This document shows positions 25,851 to 38,016 of a DNA stretch of 64,000 bases, piece after piece. The notes below the pieces were generated by a model. That model made no database searches. It was not told the origin of the DNA and worked only from the letters and a program-made list of their open reading frames with translations. The translations under genes and the position numbers were made by a program. The stretch covers positions 992,001 to 1,056,000 of the forward strand of contig CM059433.1 of NCBI GenBank assembly GCA_030390025.1, in the 5' to 3' direction. The DNA is from Squalus acanthias. Taxonomy: Eukaryota. Each line of letters opens with the position of its first letter. Positions within the stretch are counted from its first letter, which is position 1.

Positions 25851-26084
25851 AAGTCGCACAACACCAGGTTATAGTCCAACAGATTTATTTAATTTTACAA
25901 GCTTTCGGAGCTGTCGCTCCTTCCTCAGGTAAGTTAGCAGTGAGAGAATCTCCCAGAATTCACAATTTAAACACAGACAAAATCTATTCAAATCTTTCCC
26001 TACATCAAAGACACACTAAGAGCACAGCCAAGACAATGAGCTCATTTTTGTCCACCCCAGTCCAACGCCGGCATCTCCACATCA
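25851..26084 (-). mobile_element. Penelope-like element terminal-repeat fragment with an inverted end
   Basis: Nearly identical to 57773-57961; 26041-26086 is the reverse complement of 57728-57773; 13-bp direct repeat TGTCATATTTGAG (25838-25850, 26085-26097). Confidence 0.85.
25895..25932 (-). ncRNA. Minimal type I hammerhead ribozyme motif
   Basis: Minus strand: TTAC-CTGAGGA-A-GGAGC(GACA)GCTCC-GAAA-GCTT-GTAA. Confidence 0.75.
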
Positions 26085-26509
26085 TGTCATATTTGAGTTA
26101 GACATCCCAATAAACACTTTCACAATCAGCTTCTGCTGAGCCTGGCCACTAATACTGCAAGAAATCGTGCCACATAATTAATGCTAGTTTAAATCCTAAA
26201 CCATTGTGGTCAATTCAATAACATGAATACAATGAAGGTGAGGTCTATGTTGGCATGGTAATGGTCACTACAATTAGTTATGAGTCACAGATCTTCCTAG
26301 CCTGCTGCAAACTGGGGACAAATGTGAGCGACAAAGTTGCTTTGGTCTAGACACAGAATAATACCTTTTGCCTGTGTTTGTGCTTGGCAAAGTCATAGTT
26401 ACAGCAAATCTAATGAAAGTATTCCTAACATCAATATCATATGGTGGAAAAAATCTATGAGGAAATAAACGGTTTTACTGGGACTTTTAACATATTTTAT
26501 AGACACTTA

Positions 26510-27134
26510 GGGGGAAAAATTCGGTTGCTTTGCACCTCCCGTTTGGGGCACAAAGCAACTAGCGCCCGTGCGCGAAATTCAACAGGAGGTTAATGGCGGC
26601 AGTAACCTTTAGCGCCGTGCGCAGCACTCCGCTCGTCCCCTGGCCGCGATCTTTGGTAGCGCCCCCTGAATTACCGCCGGACTCTATGTCGGACGGGGTC
26701 AGGGGGGGTCTACCTGCGGCCGGGGCGGTGCTAATTAAGGGCGAGGTGCCGGGCGGCCATTTTTGTTGCTGGCCGGCTGCCAGCATCTGTCCCCTCTGCC
26801 GTCCCCGGCCTCCTGACAAGCCCCCCTGCGGAGTGCCGGCTGCGCTCCGTGAGCCCGGCACTTCTCTTGAGTGCCAGGCTCTTTTGCCGGCACTCCGATC
26901 CCCGGTGGCCCAGCTGGGCCCCGGGTCGCACTGCGCAAGGCCCCTCCCCTTTAAGAAGGGGAGGAAGGCCTGCATTACCGCGGCGCGACATTCCCTCGCA
27001 GCGCCCCAAAAGGGAGGCGGAGCGCTTCCAGTAGCGCCCCGCTTCCCTCTTGGGGGGCTACCACTCAAATTTGTCCGTGGGGGCGCCCCGGTGAAGTTAG
27101 CGCCCCAAAGGGGGCGCAGCTCAATTTTTCCCCC
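26510..27134. mobile_element. GC-rich Harbinger-type MITE
   Basis: Ends GGGGGAAAAATT / AATTTTTCCCCC; flanks TTA / TAA. Confidence 0.82.
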
Positions 27135-27263
27135 TAACATTTTGTTGAAGTTCTTCTAACATGATAAACAAGGAGGAAACTCAAATGGTTTATACAGTTA
27201 CCTGAAACGGTTACCGTACATAACATGCCTCAATCTCATTTTTATTTTTTTATAAGACATATG

Positions 27264-28156
27264 GGGGTAGAAATTAGGTCGCGCCCCATTTGGGGCGCAA
27301 ATATCGTCCGGACGCAAATATTAGCGCCTGGCGCTAATTATCGGCACTGACAGGAAATTTCACTTTTACCGCCCCGGGAGGCGAGTGGAGCGCTAAAGCA
27401 GGCGCTGCACACCTCTCTTAAGGCGCAAAGGCCAAGGAGTGAGGCGCTAACTCGGAGCGCTGGCGAAGCTCATGTAATGTCAGTTAGCAATGGAACACAC
27501 ACACAATGGCACGGGCCAGTTCTTAAAGGGGATGGTTAATCTTGCTTTCCATCCACATCCTGTTCATTGCTGCCTTGAATCTCGGCCTGGAGAGACTTGC
27601 ACATCAAATGTGCTGGAAAGAACAATGGAGAGTACCAGGCAAAGAGCTCAGAGTGCAGCTCCCACATTCTCTGCTAAATCGATACAAGGAATGGCAAATC
27701 AAAATGAACCTGCAAAGTGCTGCTCAGTACCCAAAACTCCTTCACACAACGTTGAATCTCTCCAGAAGTCTCTCCCTCTCTCTCTCAGAATGCGTAGTTC
27801 AAAAATGCCACCAACAATAAAAGACCGGAAGAGGCCCCCTTTAAATAGCGCCCCCCCCAGCCCCACAGCGATTGATAGCGTTCCAGTCTTCTGGTCGTTG
27901 GAAGCACCAGGCGGTAAGGCAGGGGGCGCCACTCAATTTCCGCTACGGGGCGCCCCAAGGGCGTTGCACCATGGAATGACGTCACAATCTGCGCGCGCAG
28001 GTGGTCGCAGCGGTAAGTTTTAGCGCCGCCGCACAATCTCAAGTTAAGTTCTCGAGCGGCGCAAACATCGCTGTGCCCGGGTGTTAGCGGCTTTGCGCCC
28101 CATTAGCGCCCTCTTAAGGCGCTAACGGGAGGCGCAACCAAGTGAATTTTTACCCC
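27264..28156 (+). mobile_element. 893-bp Harbinger-type MITE, copy 2
   Basis: Same ends and length as 1856-2748; TSD ATG. Confidence 0.92.
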
Positions 28157-30722
28157 ATGTAATTTTCCCATTTTTTTATCTTTTTGAGTTTTTCCTTTGA
28201 CTTCGTATCTTACTTTTTCTCTCTATTGTCACCATACTAGCATTTAAAATGTGGCATCAGATTGTGCACTAGCTAGTGGACTTTTCTCTAGAAAATAGTA
28301 TACATAGCCTTCTCCGAAGGCAGAGTTACATTGTAAAATAATTCATCATGTTGTACCGGGCCCTAATTACCATGCATATCTTATCATAGAATATTAGAAA
28401 CAAAAGAAACATTGTTAAAAAAGTGAATTATCGCCGTCTAAGTATTTTAATTTGGCATCACCGATAGAACATTTTACACATATTCTGTCCACTTTTGCCC
28501 AGCAACTAATGTATGCTACTTGCCGACTTCTATATGTAAGTTGCTGCCAAGCGCCCAGTACAAGTGCAGCATTTACAAAACTCACTTCAATCACCTGTGG
28601 TGACAGTGGGGTTGAGTTCCAGTGGCGACTCACACGATAAGCCCTCAGTTACTCTGGACCACAGGTTTTCCCTTTGGCCTCAGGAAGGACTTCTCCATCT
28701 CTAACCATATCACCAGGAAATTGTGCTGCCATTTTATTCCACTGTCTGTTGACCTTGCCTCCCAAGAGGAAGAAGAGCATATAAAGGCAAATGGTCTGGA
28801 AAGAGGTAAAGATAACAGAAAATAAAAAACAAAGTTCAAATAGTCCCTGAATTTCCTATGACTCAAAAGGAATGAAGCCTTAGCTTTGTATGTTTTTACC
28901 AAGCATGAAATATAAATCACTAGCAGAATTTCTTTTACATTCACAAGTACCAGAATAGTGACATAAACCAGACCACTTGGTGCTTTCAGGGCAGACTTGT
29001 GTGAACTTTAGTGTTTTGACACCATTCAAAGTGGATGATGGGAAAAGGGGCAATGGAACTAACAGCCTGACAGTGCTAACACTTGACTTCCTCCCAATTA
29101 GGGCGCTATAGACATCAAAGCCTACGCTCTGCACTCAGCAAGAGACTCAGTGAGGAATGAAAGAGAAAAGAAATGCCCAGTAGTTACTGGGCCTCTCCTT
29201 CAGGAGACAAGTTCCAGCAAAGGTTTTAATAATATGCCCAAGGTCACAGGGTTCAGGTCTCTCACTGGGAGCACTAGGAAACTGCCAGAGTGTTTCAATA
29301 TGTGTGGTTGTTTTAATGCAGTGGCTTTACATTGAGACGGTATAGGAAGTTATGCACTTACTTCCTCCTTGTGGGAATCTGTATTTAGTTAAGGCCATCA
29401 ACGTAGTCTTTAATGAAGTTGTGAAACTCAGTGCTGCTGCTTGGCTGAAGACACTGAACAAATCTTCTATTTTACACTTCAGTGGCTCTGGATCAGAGGG
29501 ATTCTAATGATCTTGATGCACTGATCATTCATATCATGTTGAATGATTGGAGCCGCTTCGTTATTTCAATTGTTGTAGTTTGCTGATCTTCTGCTAGCTA
29601 ACTGACAACAAATGAAATTAGTACGTTACAGAGTAAGTACACAAAAGGTACATTGTCAAATGTCGGTGCCTATAAAGCATGGAAAAAGACAGTAACCATT
29701 AACCATTTAATGGAACATTATAAGCCCTGCAATGCCTCCATATTAGTTTTTTAGGTGCTGGTAAATATTGGAAACACAAAGCAAATCTACTTGAAGTACA
29801 CGATTATGAATGACCTCCTAAATTCCTACACAATAAGGTTTATAATCACCATACTATTACCTTCCCTCACAGTATCTGCTAAAACCTAATCCTTACCCAT
29901 GCAGAAAACATGTGCGGAATAGCAGCAAATTCACAGCATGCTGCCCACAGACTCATATCCTGCCCAGGTCAAAGGTGGAGAATTGAACTGCATGACCTCA
30001 TGCTATCTGTATACTATCCATTGGAAGAGATTTTTCAGTGCTTATTTTATAAGTAATAAATAAAAGATGGCTTAAAGTGTGTCTTACACTTTGCTAATGA
30101 AACAAATATGGAATAAATATGTTACTTAGTTGATGCCACTCTTTTTAATCATTATATGACCACAGACTAATATCTAGGTATTTCATCTGTATTGAAAGCC
30201 AGATGTTAAAACTTGGTCATGTCTGTCAAACATTGGCAGTATTGCTCATTGAAGGAAATGTGGCATACTTTCAGTGATTTGTTAAGGATGAACAAATGGT
30301 TCTGATAGTTGGCTTAAACCTAAGCAAAGTCACCAAAGTTGAACCGAGAAACAAACATCACGAAAAACATAAAAATTAATAGAAACCATGTGAAATATTT
30401 TACTGAAAAAATACTGCTATCTACCTGCTTTATGTCCCTATATGTATTGTTTGATGACCTCTCCTAGTTGCTTCCATTTTACACAGCTGTTGTGGCCCTT
30501 TATCATTTAGAGTGCCAACAGGAAGCCCATCTTTAACAAGTCAGGCTTAAATAGGTCTGATAGCACGTCCCCCCAACAAAATGTCAGTCCAGTGGGTCTT
30601 TTCCTGCCCTTCACTGTTCATATGTTCATACGTAAATAGCTGAAAATAAGAGTTTGGGGAGAGAGGAGCAAACAAAGTTTCTAGCATTTTAAGCATGTTT
30701 TGTAAAGTGAATGAAAAATATT

Positions 30723-31452
30723 GGCCCAGAAATTGATCTCGCTCTGTTCCCGCGGGGGTAAGGCTTCCCCGCGATCTCTCACTCCGCGTGTGCTTTTTCA
30801 GATCCAGCTCGCACGAACTTGATGTTCCAGACATCAGCTGGGCAGTGCTTGCGTATCCCACCGGCGTAGTGAATTCGTGCGAGCTGTGGGATCACGTGAC
30901 TCAGTTAGAGCCAATGGCAGCACACCATCTTCCATTCATAAGTTTCACATACGTGCTGTGAAAGCTATGAATCTTACACCCCCCCAAAATAACAGCTAAA
31001 CCTCAATTAAATTAAAAAAAAACCATCACATTAATAAAATAAGTATAGTTAAATAAATTAACCATTTTAAATAAAAAATTAAATTTTTGAAAAAATTTAA
31101 AATCTTTTAAAAAGTTATAAATAAACTTACCTGTCTTTAAAGTCTCTAAAAAAGATATACCTGTTAAAAAAAATACTTAATTCACTACTTACCTTGTTAA
31201 AAGTGGGTCTTACTCCTCCTTTTTCCATTTCTAAAATCTTCCGTCCTTACCTGCGCGTCCAAAGCACGAAGTGCACAGCGTGCGCGCAGCCTGTAGCGCA
31301 CACGCGATGCACCGAGGAACCGCCCCCTTTTCCAAAGACCAAGTGCCGGTTTTCAGCGCATGCGCAGGGCATGCAGAAAACCGGCAATTGGAGAGAGAAT
31401 ACGCGAGAGTACGCAGCGCGTACTCTCGCGCAGCGGGATCAATTTTTGGCCC
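30723..31452 (+). mobile_element. ~730-bp Harbinger-type MITE (left arm of the palindrome)
   Basis: Ends GGCCCAGAAATTG / CAATTTTTGGCCC; flanks ATT / ATC; related monomer at 59149-59791. Confidence 0.88.
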
Positions 31453-31467
31453 ATCATTGCAAATATT

Positions 31468-32211
31468 GGGCCGAAACTTGATCCCGGGACGCGAGAGTAC
31501 GCACTGCGTACTCTCGCGTATTCCCACTCCAATTGCCGGTTTTCTGCATGCCCTGCGCATGCGCTGAAAACCGGCAATTGCTCTTCCGAAAAGGGGGCGG
31601 GGCCGGAGTGCATCGCGTGCGCGCTACAGGCTGCGCGCACGCTGTGCACTTCATGCTTTGGATGCGCAGGTAAGTAGGGAAGATTTTGGAAATGTAAAAA
31701 GGAGGAGTAAGACCCGCTTTTAAGAAGGTAAGTAGTGAATTAAGTATTTTTTTGAATTTTTTTTTACAGGTATATCTTTTTTATAGACTTTAAAGACAGG
31801 TAAGTTTATTTTTATAACTTTTTAAAAGATTTTAAATTTTTTCAAAAATTTAATTTTTTATTTAAAATGGTTAATTTAATTAACTATACTTATTTTATTA
31901 ATGTGATGGGGTTTTTTTTTAATTTAATTGAGGTTTAGCTGTTATTTTGGGGGGGTGTAAGATTCATAAGTCTCTCAGCCATGCTGTGAGACTTATGAAT
32001 GGAAGATGGTGTGCTGCCATTGGCTCTAACTGAGTCACGTGATCCCACAGCTCGCACGAATTAACTACGCCGCTGGGATACGCAAGCCCAGCACAGCTGA
32101 TGTCTGGAACATCAATTTCGTGCGAGCTGGATCAGAAAAAGCATAAGCGAGGTGAGACATCGCGGGAAAGGCTTACCCCCGCGGGAACAGAGCGAGATCA
32201 ATTTCTGGGCC
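31468..32211 (-). mobile_element. Same MITE family, inverted (right arm of the palindrome)
   Basis: Ends GGGCCGAAACTTG / CAATTTCTGGGCC; TSD ATT. Confidence 0.88.
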
Positions 32212-32257
32212 ATTATATCTAAGATGCCTGCATCTTTCAGTGTTGCTAAGATTGTAA

Positions 32258-32503
32258 TGTTGACGCTGCCGCGAAACACGAATGGAGGCTGAATCCATAT
32301 GTGGAAAACAAGAAGCTTTTATTCACTGCATGGCAAAACAAAATGTCTGAGAAAGCTGCTCCCAGAATTCTCTGGGTAAACTCCCAGAATTCTCTGGGTA
32401 AAACCTGAGGCCCCGCCCCCTTCTGCCTTAAAGGGAAGGGGCTGGAAATTTGTCCACAGACAGAAGAGTGGATTATGCCCGTTTTAGGTGGCGATCCGCC
32501 ACA
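32258..32503 (-). repeat. 3' LTR
   Basis: Two mismatches to 36364-36609 by eye; internal 22-bp tandem duplication; PPT-like GGGGGAG adjacent on the minus strand (~32507-32513). Confidence 0.95.
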
Positions 32504-32523
32504 CAGCTCCCCCCAGAATCCGC

Positions 32524-35500
32524 TTAGGAGGTGTGGACGAGACGGTGCGGCGGTCTGATGGGCCGGCCGGAGCGGCTCTTGTAGGACGCCGGTGGACGTG
32601 GGACGGCCGGGCGTGGAGCAGCCGGGTGAACCAGCTTGAGGGCAGGTCGGCCGCATGGAGGTGGACGAGCTACAGGGACCTGCTCCCCGGGCTCCGAGCG
32701 TGCTGGCTTGAGTCGGTCCACCGACACTTTTTCGGTCCTGTCGCCCACTTGCAGGGTGAAAAATTTGTCCCCAGCCTGTAGCACCATGTAGGGCCCGTCG
32801 TACGGGGGTTGAAGGGGTCCGCGGTGGATGTCATGCCGGACAAAAACAAACCGTGCCTGGTGCAGGCTTAGTGGGACGTGTGAGGTGGATTCGCCGTGTC
32901 GGGCAATGGGCACCGGGGCGAACTGCAGCGCCGGTGAGGCGAAGTTGTGGCGTTGCTGGTCGGCTGACCAGGGTGTTGTGGCGGTGGGCAGGAACTCGCC
33001 GGGTACGCGCAGCGGCTGACCGTACACGAGCTCTGCTGCCGATGCGTGGAGGTCTTCTTTAACCGCGGTGCGCAGGCCAAGGAGGACCCACGGAAGTCGG
33101 TCAGTCCAGGCGCCATCTTGGAGGCTGGCTCGAAGAGATGCCTTCAAGGATCTGTGGAACCGCTCACACAGTCCGTTGGCTTGGGGGTGGTACGCTATGG
33201 TGCGGTGGATGGTCACCCCGAGATTGCGTGCGACGGCGGTCTAGAATTCAGAGGTACATTGCGGACCTCTGTCCGACGTCATGTCGGAGGGGACGCCGAA
33301 CCGTGCGACCCAGGTGCTGACGAAGGCTCTGGCGATGTCGGCGGTGGTGGTAGAGGTCAGTGGAATTGCCTCAGGCCAGCGTGTGGTGCGGTCAACGATG
33401 GTCAGCAAGTGCGTGTGGCCTTGCGACGGCGGCAGGGGCCTGACGATGTCCACGTGGATGTGGTCGAATCTCCGTGAGGGGACGGTAAACTCCTCGAGGT
33501 GTGCTTTCGTGTGTTGCTGTACCTTGGCACGTTGGCAGGATAGGCAGGAGTTGGCCCAAGTATGCACATCCTTGCGAAGGCCGCGCCAGACAAAGCGGTT
33601 GGCTACCAATTTGATGGATGCGCGGGCGCCAGGGTGGGAGAGGTTGTGGAGAATGTCGAATATCCGGCGGCGCCAGGACGCTGGGACGACAGGCCGAGGT
33701 TGACATAGGGATATGTCGCACTTGACCGTGACTGCGGTCGGGCCACAGGCGACGTCGGCCAGGCGTAGCCCTGGTAGGTTGGTGGGTGTGGAGAGCAGAT
33801 CCAGGTCGGTGATCTGGTCTGCTGCAAGTTGAGCGTAGTCGACTGCTAGGTGTGCGGCGTGGATGGCGGGGCGGGAGAGGCAGTCGGCTACCACATTGTC
33901 TCGGCCGGAGATGTGTTGGATGTCCGTGGTGAACTCGGACACTGCCGCGAGCTGGCGCTGCTGCCTGGTGGACCAGGGGTCGGTTGTCTTTGCCGTTGCG
34001 AATGTCAGGGGCTTGTGGTCGACAAACGCAGTGAAGGGGTGGCCCTCAAGCAAAAACCGGAAATGGCGGACCGCCAGGAACAGCGCGAGGAGCTCGCGGT
34101 CGAAGGTACTGTACTTGACCTCCGGGGGGCGTAGTTGGCGGCTGAAGAAGGCAAGTGGTTGCCAGGCGCCGTCGACCCACTGCTCATACACGGCGCCGAC
34201 CGCGTGGTCGGAGGCGTCCGTGGTGAGCGCTACCCTGGCATTGGGCCGTGGGTGCGCGAGCAGGGTGGCATTGGCGAGCGCGGTCTTGGTGGAGTCGAAG
34301 GCGGCGGACGTGTCTGCCGTCCATTCGACTGCCATCTTGCCGCTCCTGCCCCGGAGGGCTTCATACAGGGGCCTCATGAGGGACGCCGCTTTGGGGATGA
34401 AGCGGTTATAGAAATTCACCATCCCGAGGAACTCCTGGAGGCCTTTGATGGTGGTGGGGCGGGGAAATTGTTGGACGGCCTGCACCTTGGTGGGCAGGGG
34501 AATGGCCCCAGCATGGGTGATGTGGTGGCCGAGGAAGTCGACCTTGTCCAGGCCGAACTGGCATTTGGCTGGGCTGAGGATGAGCCCGTGGTCGCTGAGG
34601 ATGCGAAGGTGTTCGAGGTGTTCCTGCTTGGAGGAACTGGCTACCAGGATGTCGTCCAGGTAGACGAACAGGAACTTCAGGTCCTGAAGGACCGAGTCCA
34701 TGAGCCGTTGGAATGCCTGGGCCACATTTTTGAGGCCGAAGGGCATCCGCAGGAACTCGAAAAGGCCGAAGGGGGTGATTACAGCCGTCTTGGGGATGTC
34801 CGCGGGGTGGACGGGGACTTGGTGGTAGCCGCGCACCAGGTCGACCTTGGAAAAGACTGAGCGGCCGGCCAGTCTAGCCGAGAAGTCCTGAATGTGCGGC
34901 ACGGGGTACCGATCAGGGGTGGTGGCGTCATTGAGGCGGCGGTAATCCCCGCAGGGGCGCCAACCCCCGCCAGGTTTGGGGGCGATGTGGAGTGGGGAGG
35001 CCCAGGGACTGTTGGAGCGGCGGATGATGCCGAGCTGTTCCATGGTGGCAAACTCGGTCCGCACGATCTCCAGTTTGGCCGGGTCCAGCCTGCGGGCGTG
35101 GGCGTACACTGGGGGGCCTGTGGTGGGGATGAAGTGTTCCACCCCATGTTTGGCAGCCTCCGCGGAGAAGGTCGGATTGGTAAGGGCCGGGAATTCGGAC
35201 AGGAGTGCCGAGTAGTCATCTGTGGCCCGGGCGTGGCACTGTGACGCCATGTCGGCGGGTTGACGGGGGGCCATGGCGCCCAGGATGGGGGACATGGTGT
35301 TCATGTCCATGAGGCGGTGACGAGGGATGTCTACCAGTAACCGTGGGCACACAGGAAATCTGCGCCGATGAGGGGGGAGAGCACCTTTGCATTGATGAAC
35401 TCCCATCGGTAGCGGTGACCAGCGAGGTCGAGGGTGACTGTCCGGGTGCCATACGTCCGGATTTCCGAGCCGTTAGCAGCAGCCAGCGCCGGTCCTCGTT

Positions 35501-36323
35501 CGCCCTTTTGGATGTCGAGGGAGGAGGCCGGGATGATGCTGTGCTGAGCCCCAGTGTCGCACAGGAACCGGCGGCCGGTTTTGTCATCCGTGACGAACAG
35601 CAGGGAGCCCGCGTGGCCCACGGCCATTGCGGGGGCTGGAACGGGGGCGGACTTGAAAGAGCAGGGAGGTGTGCACCGTTGTGCCCTGGCGCCGAACCGT
35701 GCGTGGTAGTAACAGTGGCCCGGGTTAGTGGGGCGTGAAGGCCCCGTGGGCCTGGTGACAGGCCCTTGTGGCCGCGGGCTGGATGGTGAGGGGCGCGCCC
35801 AGGCATTGGCTGCCAGGTCCGGAGTGACATCGCGGCTGGAGTGAGCGGACAGCAGCTTGTCGGCCTCATCGGCCAGGGTTTCCAGGTTCGTGAGGCCGGA
35901 CGCCACGATCGCTGGGCGGATGCTGAGAGGGAGCTGGTGGATGAACAGCGTGCGGAAGAGGGATCCGGGTGGGCTCTCGTCGGTGAGGGAGAGCATGTGG
36001 GAGAGGAGGTCTGACGGTGAGGCATCACCGAGGCCTGGAAGGTCGAGGAGGTGGCAGTTTCGCTGATATGCCGAGGCCGTAAATTTTTTAAGGAGCGCTG
36101 TTCTGAGACGTGCGTACTTGCCCTCCTCTGGTGGGTTCTGCAGCGTTGTCCAAACCTTGGAAACTGCGACGCTACTGAGTGATGTGACGAGATAGTCGTA
36201 CTTCGTCCCATCTGTGGTGATATTTCGCAGTCGGAAGCGAGATTCAGCTTGGAGAAACCAGGCTTCGGGCTGGTTTTCCCAAAACTCCGGCAGTTTCACG
36301 GAAACTGCGTTCGTGTCCACCAT
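32524..36323 (-). pseudogene. Gypsy gag-pol polyprotein with one frameshift (~35340) and one in-frame stop (33241-33243)
   Basis: Gag VKLPEFW...PEAWF and CYYHARFGARAQRCTPPC; protease FLCDTGA; RT YLDD; RNase H TTDAS and YSTFDRELLA; integrase HHCC, HVDIV, TSDRG, GLCERFH; GPY motif. Confidence 0.95.
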
Positions 36324-36348
36324 TGCAGTGCTCGGAATACGTTCTGAG

Positions 36349-36362
36349 CGTCGGGGTCACCA
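36349..36362 (-). other. Primer-binding site complementary to the tRNA-Trp 3' end
   Basis: TGGTGACCCCGACG 1 nt downstream of the 5' LTR. Confidence 0.88.
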
Positions 36363-36363
36363 A

Positions 36364-36609
36364 TGTTGAGGCTGCCGCGAAACACGAATGGAGGCTGAAT
36401 CCATATGTGGAAAACAAGAAGCTTTTATTCACTGCATGGCAAAACAAAATGTCTGAGAAAGCTGCTCCCAGAATTCTCTGGGTAAACTCCCAGAATTCTC
36501 TGGGTTAAACCTGAGGCCCCGCCCCCTTCTGCCTTAAAGGGAAGGGGCTGGAAATTTGTCCACAGACAGAAGAGTGGATTATGCCCGTTTTAGGTGGCGA
36601 TCCGCCACA
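36364..36609 (-). repeat. 5' LTR
   Basis: Direct repeat of 32258-32503; followed by GTAA. Confidence 0.95.
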
Positions 36610-36789
36610 GTAATGTCTTTACCTTTTGTAAGTCATGTGATGTGGTGCTTCAGTAAATTTGCTCCATTACAACAATGTGTAAATTGCTGTCACATTTAGG
36701 CTGCTCAGTCCAGGGTTAAACATCAGAATCCACACTCGAGATCTTAGACTACTTATGAGCACCACTACAGAAGATAATCAAGTATATAT

Positions 36790-37395
36790 AACAACAACAA
36801 CAACAATTGCATTTACACAGTGCCTTTAACGTAGTAAAACGTCTGAATGCGCTTCACGGGAGTGTTACCAGTTAAAGCCTGACACCGAGCCATCTTAAAG
36901 GAGGAGAGAGCGGTAGGGAGGTGGGGAAGTTTAGGGAGGGAATTCCAGAGCTTAGGGCCTAGACAGCTGAAGACACGGCCGCCAATAATGGGGCAAAGGA
37001 AATTGGGGATGCACAAGAGGCCAGAATTGGAGGAGCGCAGAGTTATCGGAGGGTTGTAGGGCTGGAGGAGGTTACAGAGATAGGGAGAGTTGTAGGGCTG
37101 GAGGAGGTTACAGAGATAGAGAGGGTTGTTGGGCTGGAGGAGGTTACAGAGATAGGGAGGGTTGTTGGGCTGGAGGAGGTTACAGAGATAGGGAGGGTTG
37201 TAGGGCTGGAGGAGGTTACAGAGATAGGGAGGGGGCGAGGGTCAAGCAGCGATTTCAACACAAGGATGAGAATTTTAAATTTGAGGCGTTGCCGGACCGG
37301 GAGCCAATGAAGGTCAGCGAGCACAGGGGTGACAGGTGAACGGGACTTGGTGCGAGTTAGGATACGGGCAGCAGTTTTTTGGATGATATTCAATT
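36790..37395 (-). mobile_element. L2 LINE 3' fragment
   Basis: IQKTAARILTRTKSRSPVTPVLADLHWLPVRQRLKFKIL; (CAA)n tail at 36790-36806. Confidence 0.88.
37052..37232 (+). repeat. 36-bp tandem repeat, 5 units, inside L2
   Basis: GGGCTGGAGGAGGTTACAGAGATAGGGAGGGTTGTW. Confidence 0.92.
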
Positions 37396-38016
37396 TATAG
37401 AGTGGTGTACTTAGGTAAAGAAATGGTGCTGAACAAGAGTCACAGCACAGCACAGTGCATGTGTTGTTATTTAAGAATGCAACACAAACTGGGATATAAA
37501 TCAACAATCAATGAAGGAATGGAGAGTGGCAGTGAAGAAATACATCAGTTGTTTTATTTTTCCTTTCTTCACTGTAAGAAAGTGTCTGACCTTCACTTGA
37601 TGCCTCTTCTGCTTTAACCCTCCACTCCAATTGCCTGATTGAGATTGGGATGTCAATGTATACATCAGCACACTGCTTCTCCAAACCTCCCTGGATTTAT
37701 TCTTTTCCACTTCATCAAACAAGATTCATTCCCCTTATTTCAGGTGAATAGTGTTTCTTCACTGTGGTGTTCTGTAAACTATCTGTGATCTCAGGAACTT
37801 TGTTTGAGAACTTACAGCACCACTTACTGAAAATAAATCACTGCTGTGAAAAATAAAGCAGCTCTGTGGATACTAAAGTAACTTTATCTCTAGTAGATTG
37901 ATGTACTACTTTATGATCTTCCTTTTGATCTGATCTGTGGTGTCTGCCGATCCCGTGCCATCAAATACTTAATAGATCTCTTTGCTCTGAGTTTATTTAT
38001 CTACAATTAACATATA

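Larger units (their letters stand above)
32258..36609 (-). mobile_element. Full-length Ty3/Gypsy LTR retrotransposon, CsRn1-like clade
   Basis: 246-bp TG...CA LTRs; 4-bp TSD GTAA; tRNA-Trp PBS; PPT; gag-PR-RT-RH-IN order. Confidence 0.97.

Noticed and set aside
28595..28795. Possible minus-strand exon after TTTCCAG
   Set aside because: All three frames hit stops and none is recognisable
33046..36211. Many overlapping antisense and alternative-frame ORFs in the Gypsy element
   Set aside because: Expected shadow ORFs in GC-rich coding DNA
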